From: Camelus dromedarius | Taxonomy: Eukaryota | NCBI RefSeq assembly: GCF_036321535.1 | Contig: NC_087436.1 | Span: 73,844,001-73,908,000, forward strand | Direction: 5' to 3' | Length of the DNA: 64,000 nt | Shown: in pieces, positions 51,120 through 64,000 of the stretch | Numbering within the stretch: the stretch's first letter is position 1 | How the letters are laid out: every line of letters starts with the position of its first letter | Program-made: the position numbers and the translations under genes | Notes under the pieces: model-generated | Told to the model about the DNA's origin: nothing | Database searches by the model: none | The model's input: only the letters and a program-made list of their open reading frames with translations

Positions 51120-53826
51120 TGTTACCATTCACAGTATTTACTGACAGACACTAAAACAATCTACAAATTAACCAAGAAAAAAAAATGCATATAATTTTTA
51201 TATAGTTTATTTTAAAACTGTTCCAAAGGTCGAATCTTGAGTATGTCTTCAATGAGTAAAGGACCTCAATGAGTAAAGAAATATGTTTATGATGGAAACA
51301 TTTAATATTGTCAAGATTCAATTATCTACAAATTATATATTTAATGTAATTCTAACTAAAATTTACCATTCTGACAAACTCATTTTAAATCTATTACAGA
51401 AGACTGAAGATCCATAAGAGCTTAAAAATTTGAAAAGAACAAAGATTGGAGATTCATTCTACCACATATCTTTAAGATATACTACAAAGCCATAAGAGTA
51501 AAAAAATATGAAACTAATATAAGAACAGACTACCTCACATACATATGGGAACTTTGTTTGATAAATGCTTTGATAAGTCACTGAGGAAAATATCAGTTTT
51601 TTGTGTATGACATTGGAAAAACTGACCCACTCTTTAGAGAAAGTTGGGTTCATACCACTTAGTATATATAAAGTGAGCTCCATGTGGACAAAAGACTCAA
51701 ATGTGAAAGGATAAACTAAATTATTAGAAAAAAATGTAGGAGACTCAGACTGTGGGTGAGGAATGATTTCTTAAGCAAATTCCCATAAAGGAAAACATGA
51801 GAAAAAAAAATCAATGGATATCATTACATTAAAATTAAGGTTTTTCTGTTCAACTAATGATACTAAAGACAGAGTTAGCAGAAAGATGAGAAAAGTAGGA
51901 GACATGTTATAAACAGACTAGGGATTAAAATCTAAAATAAATGATGAACTCCTGAAATTCAAAAAGAAAAGATATAAAGCCCAAGAGAAAAATTGGCAAA
52001 AGATATGAACAATTTTGATTCTGGACAAGATGGACTATGTACATGCCACTGTATCTCTCCCATTGAAGACAGCTGTAAAACTTGAACAGAATGCACATTC
52101 GTACCTGAGGACTTTGAAAAATAAATAGTGGCAAGAGGAAGAAGACATGAATTTGAAGGACCACTGAACTGGTGGTGAGTTTACCATTATTTTCCTGTCA
52201 GGTAGTCCCCTAGTCTGGTTTCAACACAGCCCAAAATCTGGAAGTGAGCATCGTGCCGACAACTCCAAGAAAAGCCTATATGCTGTGGTGTAAGGACATA
52301 ACATTGTAATATTTAGAGAAGGGTTTCTCACTTTTAACACTACCAATATGGGCCAGATAATTCTTTGCTGCAGTGGTACTGTTCTGTACACTGTAGGATG
52401 TTTATCAGCATCCTGGCCTCTACCCACTAGATGCCTGGAGCACCGCCTCCCACCCTAGCTGTAACAACCAAACAAGTCTCCAGATGTTACCAAATGTGCC
52501 CTGGGGGACAAAATCACCACCACCAACCCCCAATGAGAACTACTGCCCTAGGGCAACCACTAAAAACACTGACAGTAGAAATAACAATAAATTAAAAACA
52601 GAATACTAAAAACTGTCCAAATAACCGAGAAGAAAGTAGAAAAGAGGAAACAGGAAAAAAGAGGGAACAGTTAATAAGCTGGAGGCCTAAATCTAAACTT
52701 TATGCTGTCTACAAAACACTTACTTAAAATATGATGAAGGTATGACCTAAAAATCCATTTTTAGATATATCTTAAAGAAATTCTTCTATATGTGCACCAA
52801 GATATAGATTCAGTAATTTTGATTGATCATTATCAGTACTCCATACAAAACAACAGAAATGTCCTTTACCAATAAATAGATAAATACCAAAAAAAAAAGG
52901 TACATTAGAAGTAAAAGGATGGGAAAAGATACCACGATAAAAACACTGATGAAAAGAAAGCTAGAGTGGCTTTATTTATATTAGTATCAGAGAAAGCAGA
53001 CTTTGGAGTAAAGGTAATTGCCAGGGGTAAAGAGGAACATTATAGAATACTAAAAGTCTATGTGCCAAGAAAATTTAGCAATCCTAGATACATATGTACT
53101 TAACAGCAAACCTTCAAAATACATGAAGGAAAACTGATAGAACTGAAAAGAGAAAAAGACAAATCCACAATTGCAGCTGGAGACTTCAACTCTCCTTTTA
53201 CACTGTAACTAGTAGACAGAAAAATCAACAAGAATATAGAAGAACTGAACCACTTACCAAATGGATCTCAATGACACTAACAGAAAACTCCAAGAACAGC
53301 AGAATCCATTTTCTTTTCATAGGCATGTGGGTTAAAAAACCTTTACAAAGTTAGAAGAACTAAAATCATACAGAGTTCTCTGACCATAACAGAATTAGAC
53401 TAGATGGCAACAACAGAGTAACAGCAAAATATCCAAACACTTGAAAATGAAACATACTTCTAAGTTATCCACTAGTCAAAAAATTCAAGTCAAATAGGAT
53501 TCTCAACAGAAATCTGAAAATATTTTGAATGAATCAAAGATGAAAATACATCAAAATTTACGGAATTCAGGTAAAGCGGTGCTTAGAAGGAAATTAACAG
53601 CATTAAATGCCTTTATTAGAAAATAAGAGATGTCTCAATAACCTAAGCTGCGACTTTAAGACACTAGAAAAAGAGAAAACCCAAAGCAAGCAGAATAAAG
53701 GAAACAGGAGTGAAAGTTTATGAAACTGTAAACAGAAAGCTAGAAAAAAATTGAAAACAAAACTTGTTCTTTGAAAAGATTGATAAAATTGACAAACCCC
53801 TAGCAAGACTGATAAAAACAAAGACA
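51120..53826 (+). mobile_element. Mosaic of old L1 fragments with a MER20-like element at about 52316-52547
   Basis: L1 endonuclease-region motifs ('ggagacttcaac', 'gttctttgaaaagattgataaaattgacaaacccctagcaagactg'); the MER20-like piece ends 'tgagaactactg'. Confidence 0.75.
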
Positions 53827-54304
53827 AGTAATAGCTTCTTTGGCCTTATTCTGAAGAACTCTGGACATACCTCATGTACAGTACCATGAACAACTCATTT
53901 TAAAAGTGATGCCTATAAATTCAATGTATCCTGCCTAAGACAGTGAGGGCCTGGAAATCATGTCACATTCAAAAACCATGCTGGAAATTTCAGCCAGAGA
54001 AAATAATACTAAAAAGGAAGAACGATTATGATGTTCAAGTATCTGTAGGGCTGTCATAGGAACACAGTGATGACCCACAAAGCATGCCAGAGAAAATGTG
54101 TATGAATTACAGCAAGGCAGATTCTGAGTCAATACAGGAAGGGAATTTGTATCAATTAGAGCTAGCCGATGGTGAAATGCATTGCTTCATAAATAGTAAG
54201 CTTTTCATTATTCAGAGTCTGAATGAATAATTAGGAATTCCATGTAAGAGAATCTGGAAGTGACCTTTAAGAACCTTTAGGCATTTGATTACAAAAGTCT
54301 ATTT

Positions 54305-54528
54305 TAAAAAAGAATAAAATAATGCCATTTGCTGCAACATGGGTGGACCTGGTGATTATTATACTAAGTGAAGTAAGGCAGAAAGAGGAAGAAAAATACC
54401 ATACAGTACCACTTATAAGTGGAATCTATAAAAAGACACAAATGAACTTATTTACAAAACAGAAACAGACTCAGACATAGAAAAATTGACACAACATTGT
54501 AAGTTGACTATACTTCAATAAAAAAATA
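54305..54528 (+). mobile_element. Short younger L1 3' fragment, internally deleted
   Basis: 'aatgccatttgctgcaacatgggtggacctgg...aaacagactcagacatag' joined directly to 'aattgacacaacattgtaagttgactatacttcaataaaa'. Confidence 0.8.
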
Positions 54529-54901
54529 TAGAAAATATTAAGTAGATTTAAGCATACAATAACTTAAATCTGTTTCATTAACCTAAAATCGTAATATATT
54601 ATGACAACATATCATAATTGTGGCCTTCATTTTCATAAGGCCCCATAAATAAGTGTTTAATAAAATAATATGCATTCTCTGGCTGGAATTGAAAATAAGT
54701 CTAATTTGTTAAGTCAACAATTCTAAATTCATTGTTAAAATATGTCAAGTCAGATACACATCATTCTGGAGGCTCTATAATAAAGAAAGAAGTTGTATAA
54801 AACTTTAATTATTAATTTGCAGTATACACTCTATCACTTAGTATAGAAAGAAGTGTGTGTAACCCCTACACCATTCCCAGGGCCGGAGGATGAGTTCTTA
54901 C

Positions 54902-54995
54902 ATCCAGTCTGGTCTGATGCTGCTTAGTCATCTGATCTTGAACCTTCAGTCTTCGAAGAAGTTCTTTGAAACCCACCATTGGTACAGGAATTAAC
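54902..54995 (-). CDS. NUP54: NUP54 exon, LIPVPMVGFKELLRRLKVQDQMTKQHQTRLD
   Basis: 94 nt, phase 2-0, AG/GT boundaries. Confidence 0.96.
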
Positions 54996-55422
54996 CTGAA
55001 GAAATGCAAGTGGTCAATTTTCATACCTAAGCCTGTATTACAAAATACAAAGTAAGGTTTTCATAATAACATTCATGTAATTTCATATTACATTTCCAGG
55101 GTTCAAAGGCAGATCTATGACTATGAAATCAATAATGTTACACCACAGAGATTTCACTCAACCTCCTTATTTTATGAATGAGGAAATATAGTTTGGTCAA
55201 AAACTGCATTATTAAATGCAAGTAAATAATCACGGACTGATCCTCAGATTTTAATGTTTTCACCATGCTATGCTGCCTTACCATAATCGACATTCTTTAA
55301 AAAGCAATGAAAATGGAAATAAACTCACATCAAATATAAGAATTATAGTTAACAGCTTGCATTTGTTTGCTTCCCTAGTAGTAAATAATTCTTATATGGA
55401 AACAAGATGAAGATACACTTAC

Positions 55423-55477
55423 TTTTCAGAATCAGGGTTATCCACTTTGGCTTGTTCCCAGATAATAGGATCAACAC
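55423..55477 (-). CDS. NUP54: NUP54 exon, (G)VDPIIWEQAKVDNPDSE(K)
   Basis: 55 nt, phase 1-2, AG/GT boundaries. Confidence 0.95.
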
Positions 55478-56049
55478 CTACCACAAAAAAGAAATCATTT
55501 TTCTAAAAGGAAATATTTCCCATTTTTATAATATTTGTATGGGAAGGGCCTTCCTAAAGATACAAAACCTAGAAGCTGTAATGAAAAATGACTGTCAAAT
55601 ATGACCACTACAAAAAAAAATTGTAGGATAAAGCTTATAAAAAAAGGGTAGCTTGAAAACAAATATCTATAACCTACAGGATAATAGATTAACGTCCAGA
55701 ATATAGGAAGAGCGCCTATAAATCAGAAAGACAAAAAATTTAATAGAAACTGGGCAAATGATATCAATAAGTAACTCACAAAAATTATAATCAAGTGATT
55801 AATAAACAAAAAATATGGTCCACTTTAGTAGTAATCAGGGAAATGCAAATGAAAATAAGTGTTAATTTTTTGCAATCAGTGGCAAAATTTAAAAGACTAA
55901 TAATCTCCACTGTTGGCAAAAATAGAGCAAAATGAGAAAACATTAGAAAAATTTAAAATATGAGAAAAATAACACATTCCTGTTATGAATGTAAATGGCA
56001 GAACTTCCTCTGAAGAGCAGTCTGGCAGTATGTAACAATAAATAAAGTA

Positions 56050-56373
56050 CAGTCATCCCTCTGGTATCCAGAGAGGATCCGATGCAGGATCAACCCCACT
56101 TTCCTGGGGATGTTCAAGTCCATTGTGAAAAAACAGTGTAGTATTTGCAAATAACCTATGCCCACCCTCCCATATACTTTAAATCATTTGTAGGTTACTT
56201 ATAATACCTGACACAATGTAAATGTTATGTAAATAGTTGCCAGGGCACAGCAATTCAAGTTTTGCTTTTTGGTACTTTATAGAATTTCTTCCCCTATTTT
56301 GGAGCTGCAGTTAGTTGAATGTGTGGATGTAGAACCTGGGGCTGTAGAACCCTCAGATGCAGAGGGCTGACTG
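56050..56373 (+). mobile_element. MER2-like Tigger MITE inside an old L1 fragment
   Basis: TA-cagtcatccctctg at the left and cagagggctgactg-TA at the right: inverted termini with a TA duplication. Confidence 0.85.
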
Positions 56374-57148
56374 TATAGATAATCTTTACTCAAAAATTTC
56401 ACTACTAGAGGTCTGTTCTAAAAAAATGCATGCTCATGTGTTCTAAGACATATTTACAAAGATGTTAATTGTTGCACAGTATATAATAGTGAAAAGGTAG
56501 AAACAACCTGGAGGTTACATACAGTAAAGTACACCGACAGTATTCCACACAGTTTTTAAAAAGTAAGATTTATCTTCATTCACTGACATAGAAAGTACTA
56601 AGAAATACCGTAAGTAAAAAGGCAGGCTGCAGTAAATGTACAATATAGAATCCTTTTTTTAATGACTTAACATGCTTATACTAAAATCACAGATAAAGGA
56701 CTAATAAAGTACAATAAATTATTAATAGTAGCTACTTCTGTGGAAAGAGACGTAAAGAAGATCTGTTAACATAGTCAATCTAGTTATGCCATCTAGAATC
56801 TTTATAGTGAGAACACATCCAGGTTTTACTTGAATACTCAGTTAAAACAAGACATAAGGTAGATAAAAATAAAATATCAAGACTGAATTACCTTTGGGTA
56901 GATGGATTATGGACTATTTTTCTTTAGTTCATCATTTACCAAAATTTCTAACAAACATATTAGCTATATAATAGAAAAAACTAAATGAATGAATAAACAT
57001 TCAATACTATGTTCCAAATAAGAAGGCATGTGATAAGCTGACACTGGTTTTATTAACATTAATGACCTGTGCCAACATGTCCCAAAACAGAGGAAGCATG
57101 TATTTCTAAATCTTTCATTTCCTTAACTCCATGACTTTGGAAACATAC

Positions 57149-57345
57149 CAGCAGGAGGATTCTGTAAAAGCTGTTTAATCTGTGCAGGAGAAAGTTCTGT
57201 TCTAGTCATAGAAAGGGTTACACCAAGTTGCTGCAATTGTGTTTTTATATTGGTTTGTTCAAAATAGGCATATAGCGTTGTAGCTGGAACTCTTCTTGAA
57301 GTACCATTTGGAGAACGCTCAACAACATAAATGACAACTTCTGTC
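57149..57345 (-). CDS. NUP54: NUP54 exon, TEVVIYVVERSPNGTSRRVPATTLYAYFEQ...QLLQNPPA
   Basis: 197 nt, phase 2-1, AG/GT boundaries. Confidence 0.96.
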
Positions 57346-58045
57346 CTGGGGAAAAATAACCAAGTTATAAAATATGGAGCACATAACTCACAGTCACAAG
57401 TATCAATGCAGCATGTGATTTTAGAAGAGTGCTAGCTGAATTCAGAAATAAAGTTAAAATGAGACAAAATAGACTGCAAAAAGTATGCTTAGCTGCAAAG
57501 TCCTATGTAAATGTTATTTTTTCCCCAAATCAAGAAACACTTTGTGGAGATTCTGTTGAAGCTTATGGGTTGCTTCACTGCAATTAAGACCAAAAAGTGC
57601 AATCTGATTTCAGTTATTATATCTAACAACAAAAATTCTCCTAACCCAAAATATCCCAAAGCAAATGTCTTGTCACTAAGTATGACAGTTATACACAGGA
57701 CGAGGGAAGTTAGTCATATTTATCCATGAACGAACATGAACAGTAATCAGTTAAAACATTTCAAAAAGTCTCTGTGGCCCTTGATTTGCACATAGCCATG
57801 ATTAGTGTTTCTTCCTGTTTCTGAATGAAAAATCTGAGAAATTATTAGCATCTAATAAGTTAAGAAATCTAACATTAAGAAAAAAGCTTTTAAACAAATT
57901 TTTCTATAAATACTGAAGAATCACTAGCTGAGAAATAGTATTTTGCTTTGAGGTTTAATTTGTGCTTTAGCAGTAAAAACACTGTTGATCACTCTCTTTG
58001 GAGGAAAGCACACAGAAATATACAGTGTATTTAATGTATACTTAC

Positions 58046-58233
58046 TGATCATCTGGCAATGTTTTAATACCCTCTACATTTACAGTAAGGGTCTGGTTTC
58101 CTCCCAAAACTTTATGCAGTGATTCTACCAACTGCTGTTGCTGGCTTCGAATATCTGTTTCTTTTTTGTTGAAAACTAAAACCACTAGCCCATCTTCATC
58201 TTTATTATTGGGCATACAACTATAACCTACTGC
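58046..58233 (-). CDS. NUP54: NUP54 exon, AVGYSCMPNNKDEDGLVVLVFNKKE...KTLPDD
   Basis: 188 nt, phase 0-2, AG/GT boundaries. Confidence 0.96.
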
Positions 58234-59072
58234 CTGTGGAATGACAAAATAAACAGTATCAAAAATATGTACAGATCTTAAATCAGATGTTTAATATTAA
58301 TAGCTTAGTATCTGTGTTAAAACAGGGAAAACAGCTTAATGTCTGGTAATGCAGGGAGTATGTAATGATTCCTCCTACCACTTTATGCCCTAGGAGGTCA
58401 CACAATTATAAAGCCTCAGCCCTGCAACTCCAAACACCAGCTTATACAGACATTGATTAAGTTTAAGAGACTGACATAGGCCAATAAAACGCAAAAGAGG
58501 CTGACATATAAATTGGATTACAATACATTAATTTTTTATGAAAAAGAGATCACCAAGTTGAGCTATATACTCTCACTGGCTAACGAACAGAATCTCTGAG
58601 AAGCCAAATGCAACCGAGAAACTTGTTCAGTAAGCACGGAATGAGAACAAAGAAAGCAACTTTGGCATCCAGCTATTATAGTGACAATAGGATTACACAT
58701 GCCAAGCAGTTACTCCCACCTGCTGGTTAGGTGCACTTTCTTGGACAACGTTAGATAGCTACCACTGAATTCTAGTTTTAGGCCACCCCTTCATAGGTGC
58801 CAAGCAGACCATTTCCCCTCTGTTAAAGTTTTTTCTTGCTAGAAGTTACATTCTAATCACACCTTCCTTCAGTTGTATTCTAGTTATCTCAATCACACGT
58901 ATGTAAGAAATCACTTCAATTTTATAATTTCTGTACTTTTAAACAAAAATGTTATTATACATGTTCAAGGAGTACTAAAAAACCAAACAACTGGTTTTTT
59001 TGTATAATTTTAATCCAAATATCATATTTTCTTATACAATCTTCAAGTAAAGATCAAAAGTAGTATTAATAC

Positions 59073-59299
59073 CTTAAATCGGCAAAAGGGATTTTCTTGT
59101 GTGAACTCCACTGGTGGAATGTTATTGTTGAAATATCCTTTTCCTGTTCCCCAAAAGGCCTGTAGTTGATTCCATTTTGCCAAAATAGCATCTCTCTCAT
59201 CTCCCAGTAGCGTAGGAGCAGAAAGAGCACTTGCAGTATTTATCAGTTGGTTGGACTGGGCAGGAGCTTGTGTAGGCTGACTGAAGAGACCACCTAATG
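59073..59299 (-). CDS. NUP54: NUP54 exon, LGGLFSQPTQAPAQSNQ...ENPFCRFK (most 5' exon in the window)
   Basis: 227 nt, phase 1-0, AG/GT boundaries; also present in the ORF track. Confidence 0.97.
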
Positions 59300-59359
59300 C
59301 TAAAAACATACCCCAAAATTAGTTTTTCCAAAAAAAAATCAATCAATTCATATCTTAGA

Positions 59360-59825
59360 TATGGTAGGCAGAATAATGCCCCCCACCCCCAAAAAAAGGT
59401 CCATGTCCTAATCCCCAGAACCTATAAATTATGTTACCATTCACAGCAAAAGGCACTTCAAGGGTGTGATTAAATCAATCAAGATTATCCTGGATTATCA
59501 GGGTGGGTTCAACATAATATAAGGGTTTTTAAAAGAGAAGAGGGAAGTCAGAGTCAAAGTGAGATGTGGAGATGCTATGCTGCTGGCTTTGAGGATGGAG
59601 AAGGAGCTAAGCCAAGGAATGCAGAGACTCTGGATCTAAACTGGATAAGGCAGAGTAACGGATTCTCCCTTAGAGGCTCCAAGAAGTAACACAGTCCTGT
59701 CAACACCTTGATTTTAGTTCAGGGAAACTCATTTCTGGATTTCTGATTTCCAGAACTGTAAGATAGTATGTTTTAAACCACTAAGTTTGTGACACTTTGT
59801 TACAGCAATAATAGGAAACTAATAT
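59360..59825 (+). mobile_element. MLT1-like (MaLR) solo LTR
   Basis: 'tggtaggcagaataatgcccccc...ttaaaccactaagtttgtgacactttgttacagcaataataggaaactaata'. Confidence 0.85.
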
Positions 59826-60244
59826 GCTAAGTCAATCCTCAGAATGTTAAACCTGCCTTTCTAATATCATCTTAATATAACTAATTCCATTATCAGAACA
59901 CAAATTAGATCCATGATATTAATATTAGATCCACACCAAAAGAGTAAAGTTTGTGAAGTTGCAGAATTTTTTTTAAACAACGTTTACTGTTGTTATATTT
60001 ATTTGTATAATAAATACAAATTAGGATACAAAATAAGCAAAAAGAGTCATTATATCAATGTTATGTCAATGTCAGCTTAATAAACAATTTCCTTCTCTTA
60101 TTATAAAGAAAGATACAGTGAAAAAGACAACAAATGGACAAATTCTAAGCTAAAGCTTAGCTGGCTGCATAAGTTGGGGCAAGTCACTTATCTTCTCTAT
60201 GCTACAATTTCTCCAATAGAGGAAAGGGCTAAGTTGTATCAGAT

Positions 60245-60718
60245 CAGTTATTTCCAAAGTGTTAGTAGATAAGTACCCCCGGTACATGAAATTACAGCCG
60301 TCAAGCAACAGCCAAGTCACTAAATAGACTGAATTATGTAAAAATTTCTCTTTTGATTACTGAATACATTTTTTTTTTTAAAGTCTGTTTGGTGCTCGTA
60401 TGCTTTTAATGCCTCATGTCATCTGCTTATCTCACTTGTCAACAAAGGGGAGAACAAATCTAAGGCTCAGGGCTCAAAGCAAAGTATCTAGCTAGAATTT
60501 ATTAACACTATTATATTTTCTGTGTACTTATTTTCAGTTATCTTTTCTTTATACTGATTTTCCACTTATAGCAGTAGTTTGAATCTTTCTTTTCAAATAA
60601 ACATAATGTTTAAAAGTAAATTGATTTAAAGAAAATCCTTTAACAATACAAACGGTATGTAGATAAAAGAAAAATCATGAAGATAATACCAAAATGACCT
60701 GAGTTTTAGGACTACTGT
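60245..60718. mobile_element. Probable hAT-Charlie-type relic within a MIR
   Basis: Degenerate inverted ends cagttatttccaaa / ttttaggactactg with similar flanks tatcagat / tattagat. Confidence 0.5.
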
Positions 60719-61099
60719 ATTAGATGATATTTAAGTTTTCTTTCAGCTCTAAAGACTGTAAGTACCACAAGGCCAATGGGGCTTCTAAGGGCTAGAGAGG
60801 GGCTGCTGTAACCTTCCACATGAATATTACTAATTCCCAAGTGGGCATATATGAAAATGCTAAAGAACTGGACTAGAAGCCAGAAGACTTGAATACTGGT
60901 TTACTATAAGCTCACTTTGCAGTCTTGGTCAAGAAATTCCTAGGCTTTACCTTCTTCAACTTTTAAATAAGATAAACAAACTATCATCTATACTAATTTA
61001 CATTCAGCCTCCCCCTTGACACTTCACACTGGATTCCACCACACTAGTCTACTCAGAGCTCACTAACTAGAAGGCATTTGAGAAACTCAAATAACAAAA

Positions 61100-64000
61100 T
61101 CCAATAGTCTCTTTTAAAGCCTTAGCATGTTAGACATCTATACCTTTCTACCTTTTCAGGGGTCTCATGCTATTGATTATTCTTTCAGCTCCCAAAGAAA
61201 ATCTACTTTCACTGAATACACATCCTCCTTGAAAAACTCTCCTTCCTTAGATTTCAGGATAATACAGTCTCTCCTGGTTTTACATATCATACATATTTAC
61301 ATACATGCATACTTTCATTCATTCAACAAATACTTACTGAGCACCTACTAAGTGTCAGAGATAGAGGCAAACACTAAGGATATATGGCAGTAAACAAGAC
61401 TGGTTCTTTAAACAAACTGAGCACATAAAACAAATATTAACAGTTGTGGTAAGTGCCTGGGAGAAGTACAGAGGCTATGAGAGTCTTAAATGAGGTAGCT
61501 AATCAAGCCTGGGGCAGGAGGGTCAAGAGAAAGCTGTTCCATTAGAACTTCAGCTAAGGTCTAAAGGACATAGTCAGGTCATGGGGCAGTGGCAAAGAAG
61601 AACAGTATGTGCAAAATTTCTGTGGCAAAGAGGGGAAGACAAGCTGGCAAAAGCAGTAAGGAGCACTAAACAATAAGGAAGGAAAAAAAAAAAAAAAAAC
61701 AGACCAGGCTATCATTGACGGTAAAGGCTTACACTGGCCAAAAATGTGACAATTTGAGCATCAAAAAGAATAACGAATGCAACCAACTCAAAACACATTC
61801 AATTTATTAAAGCTCATGCATTCAAAATGATTTTTTAAAGTAAAAATTAAAAATTTATAAAATCTCAACCCCTTAGACACCACTGGAAATAATCAGGCCA
61901 CCAACAACTTCTTACAAAAACTGTCAATTAAGAAAGAACTTACCATGCCTTTCCTATACAAATTGTATTTCAGGCTGACTAAGCAATCTTGGTGGGATGA
62001 AGAAAAACTCCTTTTACAGAAGAATTTCAGTGTAGAAGAGAGGGCAGAATTAGAAAATCACCATTTTGCAACTCCTAATAAAATAATTGATTGAGGCAAT
62101 GACCATCAATGAATGAAACCACTAGGTTAAAGAGTGATGGGGAACTTTCTAAGACAGATTGGCTCTCACCACCTGAACCACTGATCAACCACTGAGCATC
62201 TCTAAGAGAGAGACAGCCACTTAATATGATGCAACATGAAGCACACAGCACCACCTGCAAAGTATTCATGCCAAAAAGTCAAAGTCAAATCTAATAAAGT
62301 ATCTAAAGCTAACTTCATTTACCACAAATATGGGGGATAAAGCTAAATGATTCTATAAGGAAACAAACATATCTAGAATGGGGCATTTCACAGGACAAAT
62401 GGCCTAATTTCTGCAGTAATTCATGAGTAAGGAAAAACCAGAGTGGGGAATTCTCTATACTAAATGGAAACTTAAGAGACATAACAAGAAAGTGAATGTG
62501 TGGTCCTTGTCTGAAGGAAACTTTACTGAGACATAAGAGGACATTTGATTAAGGACTGGGTATTAGATGACACCAAGGAGTTATTACTTGTAAGTTGAAA
62601 TGATTCCATGTTTTTAAGAGTAACACAGTAAAGTAAGGGTGAAATGACATGTTTGGGATTTGCTTTAAAGTATTTCAGCAATTCAAAAGAAAAAAAAAAG
62701 GAAGGGAGGAAGGAGGAGGTAAAGCAAATATGGCAAGTTTTGACTTTTGTTGAATCTATTTGGTAGAATGTGGGATTGTTTTATTATTCTATTTTTCTGT
62801 GTTAGAATTTTTCTCAATTAAAGAACAGTAAATGTTCATTGGATTTGAGATGATTCATAACCTTAACTATTTGATTGGGTAAAGAAAGGAGAAACCAGAC
62901 TAGTGCAGACTAAGAGGTAACAGACAATCCCATTCTTCTACATCTGTTCCAAGTAGTTTACGAAGGAAGAGAATGACAGCCGAAGTGAAATGGGAGATTA
63001 AAGTAGTTTTGTTTTGTTGTTACTGTTTTAAGAAATAAGAAACTTCAGATTATTTAAGTGTGGATGAGAAGAATCCTTGGATAGAGAAGCTGGAGACTTT
63101 TTCTTTTGGTGGAGGGTGGGAGGTGGAATGGGGTGGGTGTTTGCTGGGCAGAATAATCAACAACACAAAGGTCACCAGAAGGTGGGAGGATATGAGATCC
63201 AGGGCACCGGTGAAAAGAGAAAAGGATGGGTTCAGAGGGAGGTAGACAGATCCAGTAGTGGGCAGCTGAAGGGATTACAATGAGGGATTCTATTTTCTCT
63301 GTGCAGTAGAAGTCAAGGCCATCTGCTGAAAGTGAGAACAGGGAAATCTGAGATGTGAAGAGAATAAAGGTTTAAAATAATTTATAGAAAGTGGAAGAAT
63401 AATTGGAAAACAGAAACTTCTCAGGATTGCCGGGCAATGTTGAGGCCCCAACTTGGGTTGGTGATTAAGAATTTAGAGGTACTATTCAATCTTTTATACT
63501 GTGTGATTTTCTCAAGCAGTATCTAGAGACAGTTGGGCTTACACAGGCTTGGGTGGTTTATTCAGGTAGACATGCTACAAGGATAAGGAAGTTTAGCATA
63601 TAGTGAGAGTGACCGAAATGGAAGGACAAGGAATCTAAGCTAATTAGAGAAAATAGAAGACAGGAAGGAGCTGATGGAAAAGCAGAAAGTGTCATGGGTC
63701 TAAAGATTCTAATGAGATCTAAGAACAGCTATACTGGAAGTTGAAAAGGGAGGCTAAAAGAGCAATAGGTTGTGGGATGTTTACATTAGTGATCATGGAA
63801 TTAGAACAGTTTCAGATGTTGCCAAAGTCCAAGGTAAGAATTGTGGCTAAAGTGAAATGGAGTTCTTTGTAATAAAAAGGTAGATGGCATAGCTGTTTGA
63901 GTACGAAAATAAACCAGACTGAAAGCACAAGTTGGAAAGAAAAGCAAGACTCAGAGCCAGCTGCCAAAGTTTTCAGTGAATAAGAAGTACTGTCCAGGAA
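61100..64000. mobile_element. Mosaic of L2 fragments with an old L1M 3' segment (about 61690-62820)
   Basis: L2 tail 'ttcattcattcaacaaatacttactgagcacctac' near 61315; purine-rich L2-like sequence after 63000; L1M motif 'tgtttgggatttgctttaaa'. Confidence 0.65.

Noticed and set aside
1..64000. CRISPR arrays, operons or other prokaryotic systems
   Set aside because: The sequence is mammalian intron/exon DNA with no repeat-spacer arrays or dense ORFs.

Overview
AT-rich, CpG-depleted mammalian genomic DNA, most likely from a camelid (two tRNA-derived SINEs resemble Vic-1). It holds two convergent genes. ART3 (+) is complete for its coding region: a candidate TATA promoter and non-coding exon near 15.4 kb, a signal-peptide exon at 16737, a 709-nt ART-fold exon, eight symmetric 30/33-nt micro-exons and a GPI-signal exon ending at 39872, giving 1176 nt or 391 aa when all are joined. 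NUP54 (-) is represented by its last nine coding exons (59299 down to the stop at 43321); its 5' FG-repeat exons lie beyond the window. Much of the rest is repeat: L1 of several ages, L2, MIR, MaLR/ERVL LTRs and Tigger/MER transposons. Almost all ORFs in the supplied track are repeat-derived or chance. I found no new gene system. The best leads are the duplicated micro-exon array that could tune the ART3 stalk, six in-frame tandem acceptors, an in-frame read-through tail after the ART-fold exon and several unusual L1 rearrangements. Repeat family names and human/mouse comparisons are from recall, not from searches.
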